Positions 49,941-59,381 of a stretch of DNA of 64,000 nt are shown in pieces. The DNA comes from Alphaproteobacteria bacterium. GTDB taxonomy: Bacteria > Pseudomonadota > Alphaproteobacteria > UBA8366. Position 1 is the first letter of the stretch. Every line of letters starts with the position of its first letter. The position numbers and the translations under genes were made by a program. The notes under the pieces are model-generated. The model was not told the DNA's origin. It searched no databases and saw nothing but the letters and a program-made list of their open reading frames with translations. The stretch lies in NCBI GenBank assembly GCA_049601975.1, contig JBMYRC010000003.1, forward strand, positions 11,665 to 75,664. Reading direction: 5' to 3'.

Positions 49941-51365
49941 TCAATGCAGTTCCACATACTCGTAATCAACGGATTGATTGTTGATACCGCGATCGGGCGG
50001 CGCGATCCAACTCGCCATTTTGCCGGGCTCCGTCACCTGATGCATCAAGGATCGAATGTAACCCCTATCTTCATCCGTTGGCAGCCAACTCGAAATTTGG
50101 CGATCGTATTCAGCTAGCGGAATGATATTCCCTTGGGGGTCTGTCGGGACGCCCGCCCAGCTACCGATGCCGCGCCGGAAGCGGCGGCTCGGTAGGCTCA
50201 ACTCGACATCAAATCCGGCCCGCTTGATCGTGCGATTCCAACGGGTCAGACCAACCATGCAGTCGCGAATATATCCTTCGCGGGTGATCTCATTCATGGC
50301 GTTGCGGGTCGGCACTTCGATCTTTTCCACACTGTTATCTGCGCCCGGAGCCTTAAGCATCTCCACCGTATCTGTGCAAAGGTGATCCTCGAAACGGCCT
50401 TCGTTGGGGCGGCCCTTGATGCCGCTCGCAAAGTAACTCGCGGCGTTCGAGGATTGCTCGGACCCGAAAAGATCGAGCGATGACGAGAACCAGAAATTGA
50501 TATAGCGCTGGACCGTCGGTAGATCGATCACACCGTGTTTGCGCAACAGCTCAGGATCGTCACTCTTCAGTTCTTCCATCTTTTCTAAAGCACGGCGGAT
50601 CACCCGGGTGACACCGGTCTCGCCGACAAACATATGATGCGATTCCTCCGTCAGCATGAATTGGCACGTCCGAGACAGCGGATCGAAAGCGGATTCGGCC
50701 AAGCTCATCAGTTGATACTTACCGTCCCGGTCAGTGAAATAGGTGAACATAAAAAAGCTAAGCCAATCGTCGATGGGCTCGTTGAAAGTGCCAAGAATAC
50801 GAGGATTGTCGACGTCACCTGAATGACGATGCAACAGCTCCTCGGCTTCTTCACGGCCATCGCGACCAAAATGCGCGTGCAGCAAATATACCATCGCCCA
50901 GAGATGACGCCCTTCCTCGACGTTTACCTGGAAAAGGTTTCGCAAGTCGTAGAGCGACGGGCACGTTAATCCCAGCCGTCGTTGCTGCTCGACAGAGGCA
51001 GGTTCCGTGTCGCCTTGGGTTACGATTAACCGCCGCAAAGTGGCGCGATGCTCGCCAGGGACCTTTTGCCAAGCAGGCTTGCCGTACTCATCACCGAAAC
51101 CGATCGTGCGGTCCTGCTCCCGGTCGGCCAGGAAAATTCCCCATCGATAATCGGGCATCTTCACCTTACCGAAGGTCGCCCATCCAGCAGAGTCGACGGA
51201 GGTCGCCGTGCGCAAATACACGTCCGATGTCTGGAAACCTTCCGGCCCCAACTCCTTCCACCATTCGATAAACCTAGGCTGCCAATGCTCTAGAGCCCGT
51301 TGTAAGGCACGGTCGTTGCCGAGATCGACATTGTTCGGAATACGGTCCAGATAGTTGATCGCCAT
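49941..51365 (-). CDS. boxB: Benzoyl-CoA 2,3-epoxidase diiron subunit
   Basis: IPNNVDL, VKMPDYRWGIFL, QGDTEPASVEQQ, diiron motifs EEGRH and EESHH. Confidence 0.96.
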   Translation of the reverse strand: MAINYLDRIPNNVDLGNDRALQRALEHWQPRFIEWWKELGPEGFQTSDVYLRTATSVDSAGWATFGKVKMPDYRWGIFLADREQDRTIGFGDEYGKPAWQKVPGEHRATLRRLIVTQGDTEPASVEQQRRLGLTCPSLYDLRNLFQVNVEEGRHLWAMVYLLHAHFGRDGREEAEELLHRHSGDVDNPRILGTFNEPIDDWLSFFMFTYFTDRDGKYQLMSLAESAFDPLSRTCQFMLTEESHHMFVGETGVTRVIRRALEKMEELKSDDPELLRKHGVIDLPTVQRYINFWFSSSLDLFGSEQSSNAASYFASGIKGRPNEGRFEDHLCTDTVEMLKAPGADNSVEKIEVPTRNAMNEITREGYIRDCMVGLTRWNRTIKRAGFDVELSLPSRRFRRGIGSWAGVPTDPQGNIIPLAEYDRQISSWLPTDEDRGYIRSLMHQVTEPGKMASWIAPPDRGINNQSVDYEYVELH

Positions 51366-51369
51366 CACT

Positions 51370-53013
51370 CTAAATCCTTTTCCAATCGAACTCGGCCCTG
51401 CTGCCGGAACCGAATAGTTTCAAGGCACCCTTCTCACCGACCGCATTCGGCCGATTGAATATCCAATTCTGCCACGCGGTCAGACGACCAAAGACTTTCG
51501 TCGCCACGGTCTCCGCCCCGGCGAAACGCAAATTCGCCTCCATGCCGGTCAAGGCATCGGGGGATAGGCTCGCACGCTCCTCAAGGGCGATGCGGACCTC
51601 GTCTTCCCAATCGAGCTCATCCGGCGCGAACGTGACGAGCCCAAGGTCGAGCGCATCCTGTGCGTCCAAGGCATCACCGATACGATTGTCGAGCGCGGTC
51701 ATACAATCGCGGTCGTCGTAGAACCGCGCGTCAAGACGGGTCATGCCGCTTGCCATTTCGTAGCCCCGGAAATTCATACGGCTGAGCGCAATCTTTGGCG
51801 GCGTCCCATCTTCTTCCGGCAAGTCGAGCATGTACCCACGGTCAGCCGCCAGCGCCAACTCTAACAGCGTACCCGCAAAGCACGATCCTTCCTCGATCAA
51901 AGCGAATAAGCTGCGAGACGAGACGTCGAGGCGCGACAATGTACGGCGAATGAACCCGATGACTTCCCGCACGAACCAGTCTTCCGCAAAACGCTCCATG
52001 GCCGCGTCGCAAGCCAGTACCCGCGCAGCATCCCCTTCGGTTTTCAGTAATAACGTACCAATCTCCGCGTTATTCGTGCGTAGCATCAAGATCGCGTCGT
52101 CAAGCTCCCGTGCCATCGCCAACGGCCACCACTTGGCTCCAGCAGCGTGAATACCCGCAAGATCTTCTGGCTCGTCGTCCTTCGGTGCACGCAGCGTAAT
52201 CGTCGCGGCGCGCTCAAAAGGGTCAATCGACGCTTCGACAAACTCGTATCGATATCCGTTCTCGTCCGAGATGCCATTCAGCGGCGTCAGGGCAATTCCC
52301 TGCACGTCACCCGGCCGATCACTCGTCTGCGCAAGTTCGACAGCGCGGCTACGTACCTTGTCGGCGAAATTGTTTGGCGCCACAACTTCATCGACAAATC
52401 CCCATTCCTTAGCGCGCCGCCCGCGCACCCCTTCAGCGCTGGTGCAGAAAACATCGGCGAGGTCACGGCGAACCTTTCGCTTGTCTACGATGCGCGTCAA
52501 TCCGCCCGTGCCCGGTAGGACACCGAGTAGCGGCACTTCCGGTAGGCTGACGGCGCTGGATCGGTCGTCAACCAGGAAGATTTCATCGCACGCCAAAGCT
52601 AGTTCATAACCACCGCCTGCGGTCGTCCCGTTGCAGGCCGCCAGAAACTTCAATCCCGAACGCTCACTCGCGTCTTCCATGCCATTGCGGGTCTCGTTCG
52701 TGAATTTGCAGAAATTCACCTTCCAGCCGTGATCGGATAGGCCGAGCATGTATATGTTCGCGCCGGCACAAAACATTCTCTCAACACCGCTAGTGATCAC
52801 GACGGATCGCAATTCCGGATGTTCGAAGCGGATGCGGTTGAGCGCGTCATTCAATTCGATATCGACACCGAGATCGTAGGAATTGAGCTTCAGTTTATAT
52901 CCCGGCTGTATGCCGCCATCTTCGTCCACCGCGAGCGTCAGCGTCGCGACCGGTGGGTCGATTGAGAGTGTCCAATGTCGATACCTCGACGGGTCGGTCT
53001 CATAGACAATCAT
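51370..53013 (-). CDS. boxC: 2,3-epoxybenzoyl-CoA dihydrolase
   Basis: YKLKLNSYDLGVDIEL, KVNFCKFTNETRN, AGGGYELALAC, GRLTAWQNWIF. Confidence 0.96.
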   Translation of the reverse strand: MIVYETDPSRYRHWTLSIDPPVATLTLAVDEDGGIQPGYKLKLNSYDLGVDIELNDALNRIRFEHPELRSVVITSGVERMFCAGANIYMLGLSDHGWKVNFCKFTNETRNGMEDASERSGLKFLAACNGTTAGGGYELALACDEIFLVDDRSSAVSLPEVPLLGVLPGTGGLTRIVDKRKVRRDLADVFCTSAEGVRGRRAKEWGFVDEVVAPNNFADKVRSRAVELAQTSDRPGDVQGIALTPLNGISDENGYRYEFVEASIDPFERAATITLRAPKDDEPEDLAGIHAAGAKWWPLAMARELDDAILMLRTNNAEIGTLLLKTEGDAARVLACDAAMERFAEDWFVREVIGFIRRTLSRLDVSSRSLFALIEEGSCFAGTLLELALAADRGYMLDLPEEDGTPPKIALSRMNFRGYEMASGMTRLDARFYDDRDCMTALDNRIGDALDAQDALDLGLVTFAPDELDWEDEVRIALEERASLSPDALTGMEANLRFAGAETVATKVFGRLTAWQNWIFNRPNAVGEKGALKLFGSGSRAEFDWKRI

Positions 53014-53051
53014 TGCAAATCCAGTCCTGTCCCCATGCGCCCTAATCCTCA

Positions 53052-53080
53052 TGCACAACGAAACGTGCATTATAATGCAT
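53052..53080. promoter_or_regulatory. BoxR/BzdR-type operator upstream of boxC
   Basis: TGCA-TTATAA-TGCA at 53066-53079 plus TGCA at 53052. Confidence 0.75.
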
Positions 53081-53082
53081 GC

Positions 53083-53991
53083 TTAATGTCCAGCAAGCTC
53101 ATCCTTCATCACACCTTGGGCAAGGCTTAATACTTTGTCTGAACTCTCCGCAATGGTTTGCCCGGAGGTATCGAATGTCGCCAAAGCACGGCTATATGCA
53201 GATTCACGGGCCGAAAGAATTTGCCGCAGATCGCGCATCGCCTCGCGATTATCCGCTATCGGCCGCAGATCCCCTTGTTCCACCACACGCGACATATGCT
53301 CTTGTGGCGTCGCTTGAATCCACATCGTATGCGTACGCGCCAAGAGCGCCTCGAACGCCGCATCGTTTGTGACGATGCCGCCACCGGTGGCAATTACAAC
53401 TGACTCATGCTCGTCCAATACACGTGCCAGACCCCGGGATTCATAACGCCGATAAGCGGGTTGGCCGGCCAGGGAGAAGAGGTCATCGAGAGAGCCGCCG
53501 TAATCCGCCTCGATAATTCGATTTAATTCAATGAACGGAAACCCCAATCGTTCCGCCATAATTCGGCCTAATGTCGATTTTCCAGCGCCACGCAGTCCAA
53601 TCAACCCAATACGTTTGGCACGTCCGGCAACCTGCCCACCCGGTGCCTTCTCTCGTAACCAATCAATTGTTCCCCGAAGGTCAGCCTCTCCCATGCGGGC
53701 AATCAACTCCACAGCCTCTCGCTTTAGCGGCATTTCCACTTCCTCATCTCGCAATAACAAGTCAATGGGCATCGCCATGGCATCGGCTATGCTCAGAAGC
53801 ACAAGGACCGATATGTTACCGCGTCCGGCTTCAAGCTGCGCGAGATATCTTTCCGAGACTCCGGAATCACGCGCCAGAATTTTTCGCGTCATGCCTCGCG
53901 CGGCACGCGCAGATCGAACCCGTTGACCAAGTCCATTTAGGAACTCCGTGCTTTCGTCGCCCAAGCGTTCGAATGTCTTATTGGTTCCCAC
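53083..53991 (-). CDS. boxR: BoxR/BzdR-family regulator (XRE HTH plus shikimate kinase-like domain)
   Basis: SGVSERYLAQLE.GRGN; LIGLRGAGKSTLG; QGDLRP. GTG start inferred. Confidence 0.9.
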   Translation of the reverse strand: MGTNKTFERLGDESTEFLNGLGQRVRSARAARGMTRKILARDSGVSERYLAQLEAGRGNISVLVLLSIADAMAMPIDLLLRDEEVEMPLKREAVELIARMGEADLRGTIDWLREKAPGGQVAGRAKRIGLIGLRGAGKSTLGRIMAERLGFPFIELNRIIEADYGGSLDDLFSLAGQPAYRRYESRGLARVLDEHESVVIATGGGIVTNDAAFEALLARTHTMWIQATPQEHMSRVVEQGDLRPIADNREAMRDLRQILSARESAYSRALATFDTSGQTIAESSDKVLSLAQGVMKDELAGH

Positions 53992-54010
53992 GATCGCCCT
54001 TTGCTTTACA

Positions 54011-54043
54011 TGCATTAAACATGCATTATAATGCATGTTTAAT
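54011..54043. promoter_or_regulatory. BoxR/BzdR-type operator, perfect 30-bp palindrome in the divergent promoter
   Basis: ATTAAACATGCATTATAATGCATGTTTAAT at 54014-54043, containing TGCA-N6-TGCA. Confidence 0.8.
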
Positions 54044-54102
54044 TCGAGGCCAACTATCAGCCGCAGGCCTCATGGCGTTGGGCAATACGGGACACACGGG
54101 AC

Positions 54103-54561
54103 ATGGCTTCGGATATCAGGATACTTGTCGGCACGATGACCGGCACAGCAGAGCTTTGCGCAGAGGAAATGTGCGACTCATTGGAAGCCGCGGGGCACAC
54201 GGCGGAAATGATCTTGATGGACGATCTGGAAGCTGACGTCTTCGATCCGGAAGCCGCTTTTATCATTTGCGTTTCTACCTACGGCCACGGCGACGTTCCG
54301 GACAATGCGAAGAAACTTTACGAATCGCTACAATACCAAAAACCGGCGCTTTCGGGACTGCAATACGGTGTCTTCGCGCTCGGCGACATAACCCATGGCG
54401 AGACATTTTGTTGGGGCGGTATTACTTTCGATAAAGTTCTGACTGAGTTGCAGGCGACCCGCGTCGGAGAGATCGTCAAGAACGACGCAACGTCGGGTGA
54501 ACTGCCGGAAGACCAAGCAGGTGAATGGGCCGCCGAATGGGTTAAGCTGTTGGACGTATAA
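54103..54561 (+). CDS. Short-chain flavodoxin (MioC-like)
   Basis: GTMTGTAE, STYGHGDVPDN, FALGD...FCWGG. Confidence 0.9.
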   Translation: MASDIRILVGTMTGTAELCAEEMCDSLEAAGHTAEMILMDDLEADVFDPEAAFIICVSTYGHGDVPDNAKKLYESLQYQKPALSGLQYGVFALGDITHGETFCWGGITFDKVLTELQATRVGEIVKNDATSGELPEDQAGEWAAEWVKLLDV

Positions 54562-54608
54562 GACTCACTTCAAAGCTGAGCGATATGAGACACCAGGGAG
54601 GGTAAGAC

Positions 54609-56141
54609 ATGTCGGACGAAATGCTCTATAACGCCGCCGCCGACCTGCTGGAGCGTAACCTGAATGCCGGTCGTGGCGAGAAGACGGCGTTCATCGACAG
54701 CAACGGTAGTTATAGCTATGCCGACGTGGCGCAGCGCGCCGACCGGGTCGCCAACATGCTGGCATCCCGCGGTATCGAGGCGGAGCAACGGGTCGTCCTT
54801 TGCATGTCAGATACCATCGATCTGGTCGCCGCATTCCTCGGCGCGATCAAAGCCGGTATCGTACCCGTGCCGGTTAACACGAGGCTCACCGAAAATGACT
54901 ACACCTATATCGTCGACGATAGTCGCGCAACGGGACTTATTATTTCCGAAGCCTTGCTACCCGCATTCACGGGATGTGCTGAGTCTTCTCGACTGAAAAC
55001 GGTGCTGATCTCCGGCACGGATGCAGGCAAGCATGAGCTGTTGTCGGTCGCGATGAACACGGCGGCCGAAACCTTCGAGACGGCGCCAACACGGCGCGAC
55101 GATATGTGCTTCTGGCTTTACACCTCGGGCACGACCGGCATGCCGAAAGGAGCGGTGCACCTACAGGGTAGCATCATCGAGACAGTCGACCTCTACGCCA
55201 CACCCACCCTCGGCATCGACGAGAGTGACGTTGTCTATTCAGCGGCCAAATTGTTCTTCGCCTATGGGCTCGGCAACGGACTCTCGTTTTCGATGGCGGC
55301 CGGGGCCACCACGGTTCTTTTAGAAGGGATGCCGACACCGGATGCGGTTGGAGAGATTCTGGCTAATTACGGTGTCACGCTCTTCTTCGGCGTGCCGACC
55401 CTCTACGGAATGCTGCTCTCCAGCGATTCCTTACCCGAGGAAGGTCATCACAAGCTCCGCCTTTGCGTCTCGGCGGGCGAAGCATTACCGGGCGAATTAC
55501 TGCGCCGTTGGAAAGAACGCACCGGTGCCGACATCTTGGACGGTCTCGGCAGCACGGAAATGCTGCACATCTTCCTCACCAATCATCAGGGCGACATTCG
55601 CGCCAACAGTTCCGGCAAAGCGGTCCCCGGTTACGCGCTGCGCCTCGTCGACGATGACGGCGCCCGCGTGGACGATGGCGAGTTGGGACACCTGGAAGTC
55701 GCTGGGCCCACCAGCGCCATCATGTATTGGAATCAACGGGAAAAGAGCCGCGACACATTCAAAGGCCAATGGACCCGCACCGGCGATAAATACACGATCG
55801 ATGGCGAAGGCTATTACATTTATGGCGGCCGCTCAGACGACATGATGAAAGTCGGCGGCATCTACGTCTCGCCCTTCGAAGTGGAAGGCGCGCTGCTGGA
55901 ACACGACGCCGTGCTGGAGGCGGCCGTGGTCGCGCATCCGGATCAAGACGACCTGACCAAACCTAAGGCCTTCGTCGTGACCGCGGCGGAACATGAAGGC
56001 TCAGAGGCGCTCGCAGACGAACTGCAGCGTTTCGTTCGCGAAAAACTCGCTGACTACAAATACCCCCGCTGGGTCGAATTCCGGGACGAATTGCCGAAGA
56101 CCGCGACCGGAAAGATTCAGCGCTTCAAACTACGGGCTTAA
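54609..56141 (+). CDS. bclA: Benzoate-CoA ligase
   Basis: YNAAADLL, FWLYTSGTTG.PKG, SAAKLFFAYGLGN, DGLGSTEMLHIF, PKTATGKIQR. Confidence 0.92.
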   Translation: MSDEMLYNAAADLLERNLNAGRGEKTAFIDSNGSYSYADVAQRADRVANMLASRGIEAEQRVVLCMSDTIDLVAAFLGAIKAGIVPVPVNTRLTENDYTYIVDDSRATGLIISEALLPAFTGCAESSRLKTVLISGTDAGKHELLSVAMNTAAETFETAPTRRDDMCFWLYTSGTTGMPKGAVHLQGSIIETVDLYATPTLGIDESDVVYSAAKLFFAYGLGNGLSFSMAAGATTVLLEGMPTPDAVGEILANYGVTLFFGVPTLYGMLLSSDSLPEEGHHKLRLCVSAGEALPGELLRRWKERTGADILDGLGSTEMLHIFLTNHQGDIRANSSGKAVPGYALRLVDDDGARVDDGELGHLEVAGPTSAIMYWNQREKSRDTFKGQWTRTGDKYTIDGEGYYIYGGRSDDMMKVGGIYVSPFEVEGALLEHDAVLEAAVVAHPDQDDLTKPKAFVVTAAEHEGSEALADELQRFVREKLADYKYPRWVEFRDELPKTATGKIQRFKLRA

Positions 56142-56144
56142 CTG

Positions 56145-58061
56145 TCAGCCGGCTTTCAACACCTGAAACTCGGCGAAATCCGGCTCGTGCGTCATCGACC
56201 AATAATCGACCAAGCGCCACGGCATGACCGAGACTACCCGCCCCTTGGCATTGCGGTAATAGGTCGACATCCCCGGATGGGTCCAGATCATGCCTTCGTG
56301 TTCGGCATCGACGCGGCGGACATATTCATCGTGAACGTCTTGCTGAACATCGATGGCGTCGATCCCATCCTCGATCATGCCGGCAAGGCAGCCGGCGATA
56401 TATCGGGCTTGGCATTCCGCCTGAAAGATAGCACTGCCGCCGTGTCCGAGTCCCGAATTCGGACCCTGCATGGTAAATAAGTTCGGGAAACCCGGCACCG
56501 TAATGCCGAGATGGGCCGATGGATTGTCATCCGCCCAGACGTCCGTCAGTTTACGCCCCTCACGTCCCGTGACATTCAGACGCGCAGTCATCAACGAGAC
56601 CTTAAAGCCGGTCGCCAAGATGACAATATCAGCGTCGCGCAATTGTCCATCAGTGGTAACCACGCCCGAAGGATCAATGCGGTCGATATCGTCCGTCACC
56701 AGTTCGACATTCGGCTTGGTGATTGCAGCAAACCAGCCATTGTCGAGTAGGATACGTTTGCCGTAGGGCGGATATGTCGGCAGGCATTTAGCCAAGAGGT
56801 CCGGACGGTCGACCAGCTCCTGCTCCATATGCTCCGTCATCTGGATGCGGTGACGATCGTTGGCGCGGTTGAGAGAACGCTCCGGATGTTCCCAATTCGG
56901 ATCCTTTTTCAATGTCGGCAACAACCCATCGCCATAGCGCCACAACATGGTGAAACGGAACCAAGCAGCATAATAAGGCACTTTCTCCAACAGCCACTGC
57001 GCTCCGTCCCCAATGGGGTCGTGATAGCGTGGGATCGGCCGCGCCCATTGCGCGTTACGCTGATACACCGTGAACGAAGCGACCTCATCGACAACCGTTG
57101 GCACAATCTGCATTGAGGAAGCGCCGGTGCCGATGATCGCCACGCGCTTACCCGTAAGGTCCAAACCGTCCGGCCATTCCGCCGTGTGGAAGATCGGTCC
57201 GTCGAACGTATCGGTCCCCTCGATATGCGGGACCGAAGGCAGGCTTAGCTGTCCAATGGCACTGACCACGGCCATTGCCTGTATTTCCTCGGAACCGCCC
57301 GGCCCCTCCGCCAGTACCCGCCAGCAACACGACGCCTCGTCCCAATCGGTTTTTACCACGCGGGTGGCGAAGCGTGTCTTCGCGCGAATTCCGGCCTCAT
57401 CGGCGCTGCGCACGAGATAGTCCTGCAACTCATCGCGTGGTGCGAAATAGCGGCTCCACCGATAGCGGGTTCCGAATGAAAACGAATAGGCGTGGTTAGG
57501 CGTATCCACTCCGCAACCGGGATAGGTATTCTCGTACCAAGTTCCACCGACTTCGTTATTTTTCTCAAATATCGTGTAGGAGACGCCGAGTTTCTCGAGG
57601 TTTGCCGCCAGGGCGATACCGCTGGCTCCAGCGCCCACGATCACAACGGGAAGATGGTCGCTCACATGCGTCGGCTTCTCATCGCGCCAGTCGACTTGGC
57701 GCGAACACAGCCCCATTTCTTCCCGCATCATCAACGCGTATTCCGGCGGCACCGCTTCGCCGAGACAGCGGCTCATCATCTCCACCATCAATTCATCACC
57801 CGGATCATCGACCGCCGGGGCTAGATCCGGTGATGAGAGCAACTCGACTACTTTCGCCCGTATTTCCGCCCGAGCCTCCTCGGATAGTCCAGCGTCTTCG
57901 TCCGCAATCAAATTGACATCGCGCTTCGGCAGGTACGGGTCAGAGAACCAACGTCGGTCCCCCGTCAGATGAAATATTACCATCAACAGGACCCGCAGAT
58001 CGGCTTCCTCAACGGCTTGCGAAAGCCGGTCGGCGGGAAGTGGTGTCCATGTATCGCTCAT
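56145..58061 (-). CDS. Baeyer-Villiger monooxygenase with N-terminal extension (4-hydroxyacetophenone monooxygenase-like)
   Basis: GAGASG, GGTWYENTYPGC.VD, fingerprint FDGPIFHTAEW, GTGAS, ATGF. Confidence 0.88.
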   Translation of the reverse strand: MSDTWTPLPADRLSQAVEEADLRVLLMVIFHLTGDRRWFSDPYLPKRDVNLIADEDAGLSEEARAEIRAKVVELLSSPDLAPAVDDPGDELMVEMMSRCLGEAVPPEYALMMREEMGLCSRQVDWRDEKPTHVSDHLPVVIVGAGASGIALAANLEKLGVSYTIFEKNNEVGGTWYENTYPGCGVDTPNHAYSFSFGTRYRWSRYFAPRDELQDYLVRSADEAGIRAKTRFATRVVKTDWDEASCCWRVLAEGPGGSEEIQAMAVVSAIGQLSLPSVPHIEGTDTFDGPIFHTAEWPDGLDLTGKRVAIIGTGASSMQIVPTVVDEVASFTVYQRNAQWARPIPRYHDPIGDGAQWLLEKVPYYAAWFRFTMLWRYGDGLLPTLKKDPNWEHPERSLNRANDRHRIQMTEHMEQELVDRPDLLAKCLPTYPPYGKRILLDNGWFAAITKPNVELVTDDIDRIDPSGVVTTDGQLRDADIVILATGFKVSLMTARLNVTGREGRKLTDVWADDNPSAHLGITVPGFPNLFTMQGPNSGLGHGGSAIFQAECQARYIAGCLAGMIEDGIDAIDVQQDVHDEYVRRVDAEHEGMIWTHPGMSTYYRNAKGRVVSVMPWRLVDYWSMTHEPDFAEFQVLKAG

Positions 58062-58072
58062 TGCATCGTCTC

Positions 58073-59224
58073 CTATGGCAACAGGTCGCGTTCCTTCATC
58101 ACCCGCGAAATCAGGTTGCGTTGAATGTCCGATGTCCCTTCCCCGAACAAATACACCATGGCGTCCCGGTGATGCCGTCCGACGTTGTATTCCCGCATCA
58201 TGCCGGCACCGCCGAGCACCCGGATCGCCTGTTCCGTCACACGGTACGCTGCCTCGCTGACGAAGAGTTTTATTTTCGCCGCGGTCTCGTGATCGATCCC
58301 ACCTTGGTCGACCTGCCACGCACCGCGATAAACCATCCAATGGGCAGCTTCGATATCCGTCGCCATATCCGCCAGCCGGTGGGCGACTGCCTGATATTCC
58401 AGGATCGGCTTTTTGGCGACAATGCGTGTTCGCGCATATTCCAGCGCTTCTTCATACGCGCCCTTAGCCACGCCCAATACGGAGGCCGAAACCCCCACCC
58501 GGTTCTCCGTCAGCGATTCCAGGATGATCGGATAAGTACCTTCCGCGTGCCCCAGCAAACAATCGTCGGGCACGAACAGGTCCTCGATATACAGCAAGCC
58601 GGTCTCGGAACCTTTCAGCCCTTCCTTCTTCAAATGGCTGATATCGACCGCCGGGTTCGGCAGCTCCACGATAAACAAACTGATCGCCGAGGGTTTAATT
58701 TCCGGCGCAGTCCGGGCCGCCAGCATCATAAAATCAGCCATCGGCGCATTGGTGATATAGAGCTTGCTGCCGTTGATCTTATAGCCACCCTCGACTTTCT
58801 CGGCCCGGGTCTTCATCGCCCGAATGTTGGAGCCACCATCAGGTTCGCTGAGACCGAAGCAGGCGACTTTCTCTCCTCGAAGCGCGGGCTTAAAAAACCG
58901 TTCCTTCTGCGCGTCCGTCCCGGTCCGCCAAATCGGCCAGATGCCAAGATGACTATGCGCCGAGAACGCCGCGCAAAACGCTTGGCTAATCCGGCCCAGT
59001 TCCTCGCGCACGATACAATCGGAAATTTTATCCATTCCGACGCCGCCATCGGCTTCGGGATAACGCGCGCCGATCAGCCCGAGTTCTCCCCAGCGCGCGA
59101 ACAGCTCCTTCGGAAACCGCTCCGTGTCATCGGCCTCGGAGACATGCGGGCGCATATCATCCTCCGCATGCCGTCGCACGGTATCGCGCAGTTGCTTATG
59201 CTCTGTCGAAAAGTCGAAATCCAT
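58073..59224 (-). CDS. Acyl-CoA dehydrogenase
   Basis: FGLSEPDGGS, NGSKLYITN, LGGAG, GEGTSDIQR. Confidence 0.92.
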   Translation of the reverse strand: MDFDFSTEHKQLRDTVRRHAEDDMRPHVSEADDTERFPKELFARWGELGLIGARYPEADGGVGMDKISDCIVREELGRISQAFCAAFSAHSHLGIWPIWRTGTDAQKERFFKPALRGEKVACFGLSEPDGGSNIRAMKTRAEKVEGGYKINGSKLYITNAPMADFMMLAARTAPEIKPSAISLFIVELPNPAVDISHLKKEGLKGSETGLLYIEDLFVPDDCLLGHAEGTYPIILESLTENRVGVSASVLGVAKGAYEEALEYARTRIVAKKPILEYQAVAHRLADMATDIEAAHWMVYRGAWQVDQGGIDHETAAKIKLFVSEAAYRVTEQAIRVLGGAGMMREYNVGRHHRDAMVYLFGEGTSDIQRNLISRVMKERDLLP

Positions 59225-59381
59225 TGTCTGCCCCTGAATCTCCAAGTCTCTTATTGTCGCTTAATGCGTCCCCACGCGACAGACACATGCGACAACGCGC
59301 CGCCACTCTTTGATCAACCTCAATGTATTTCCACATCGAAAGATGGATACACTGTCCGAGCTTCGACGGAGATTGAATGGC

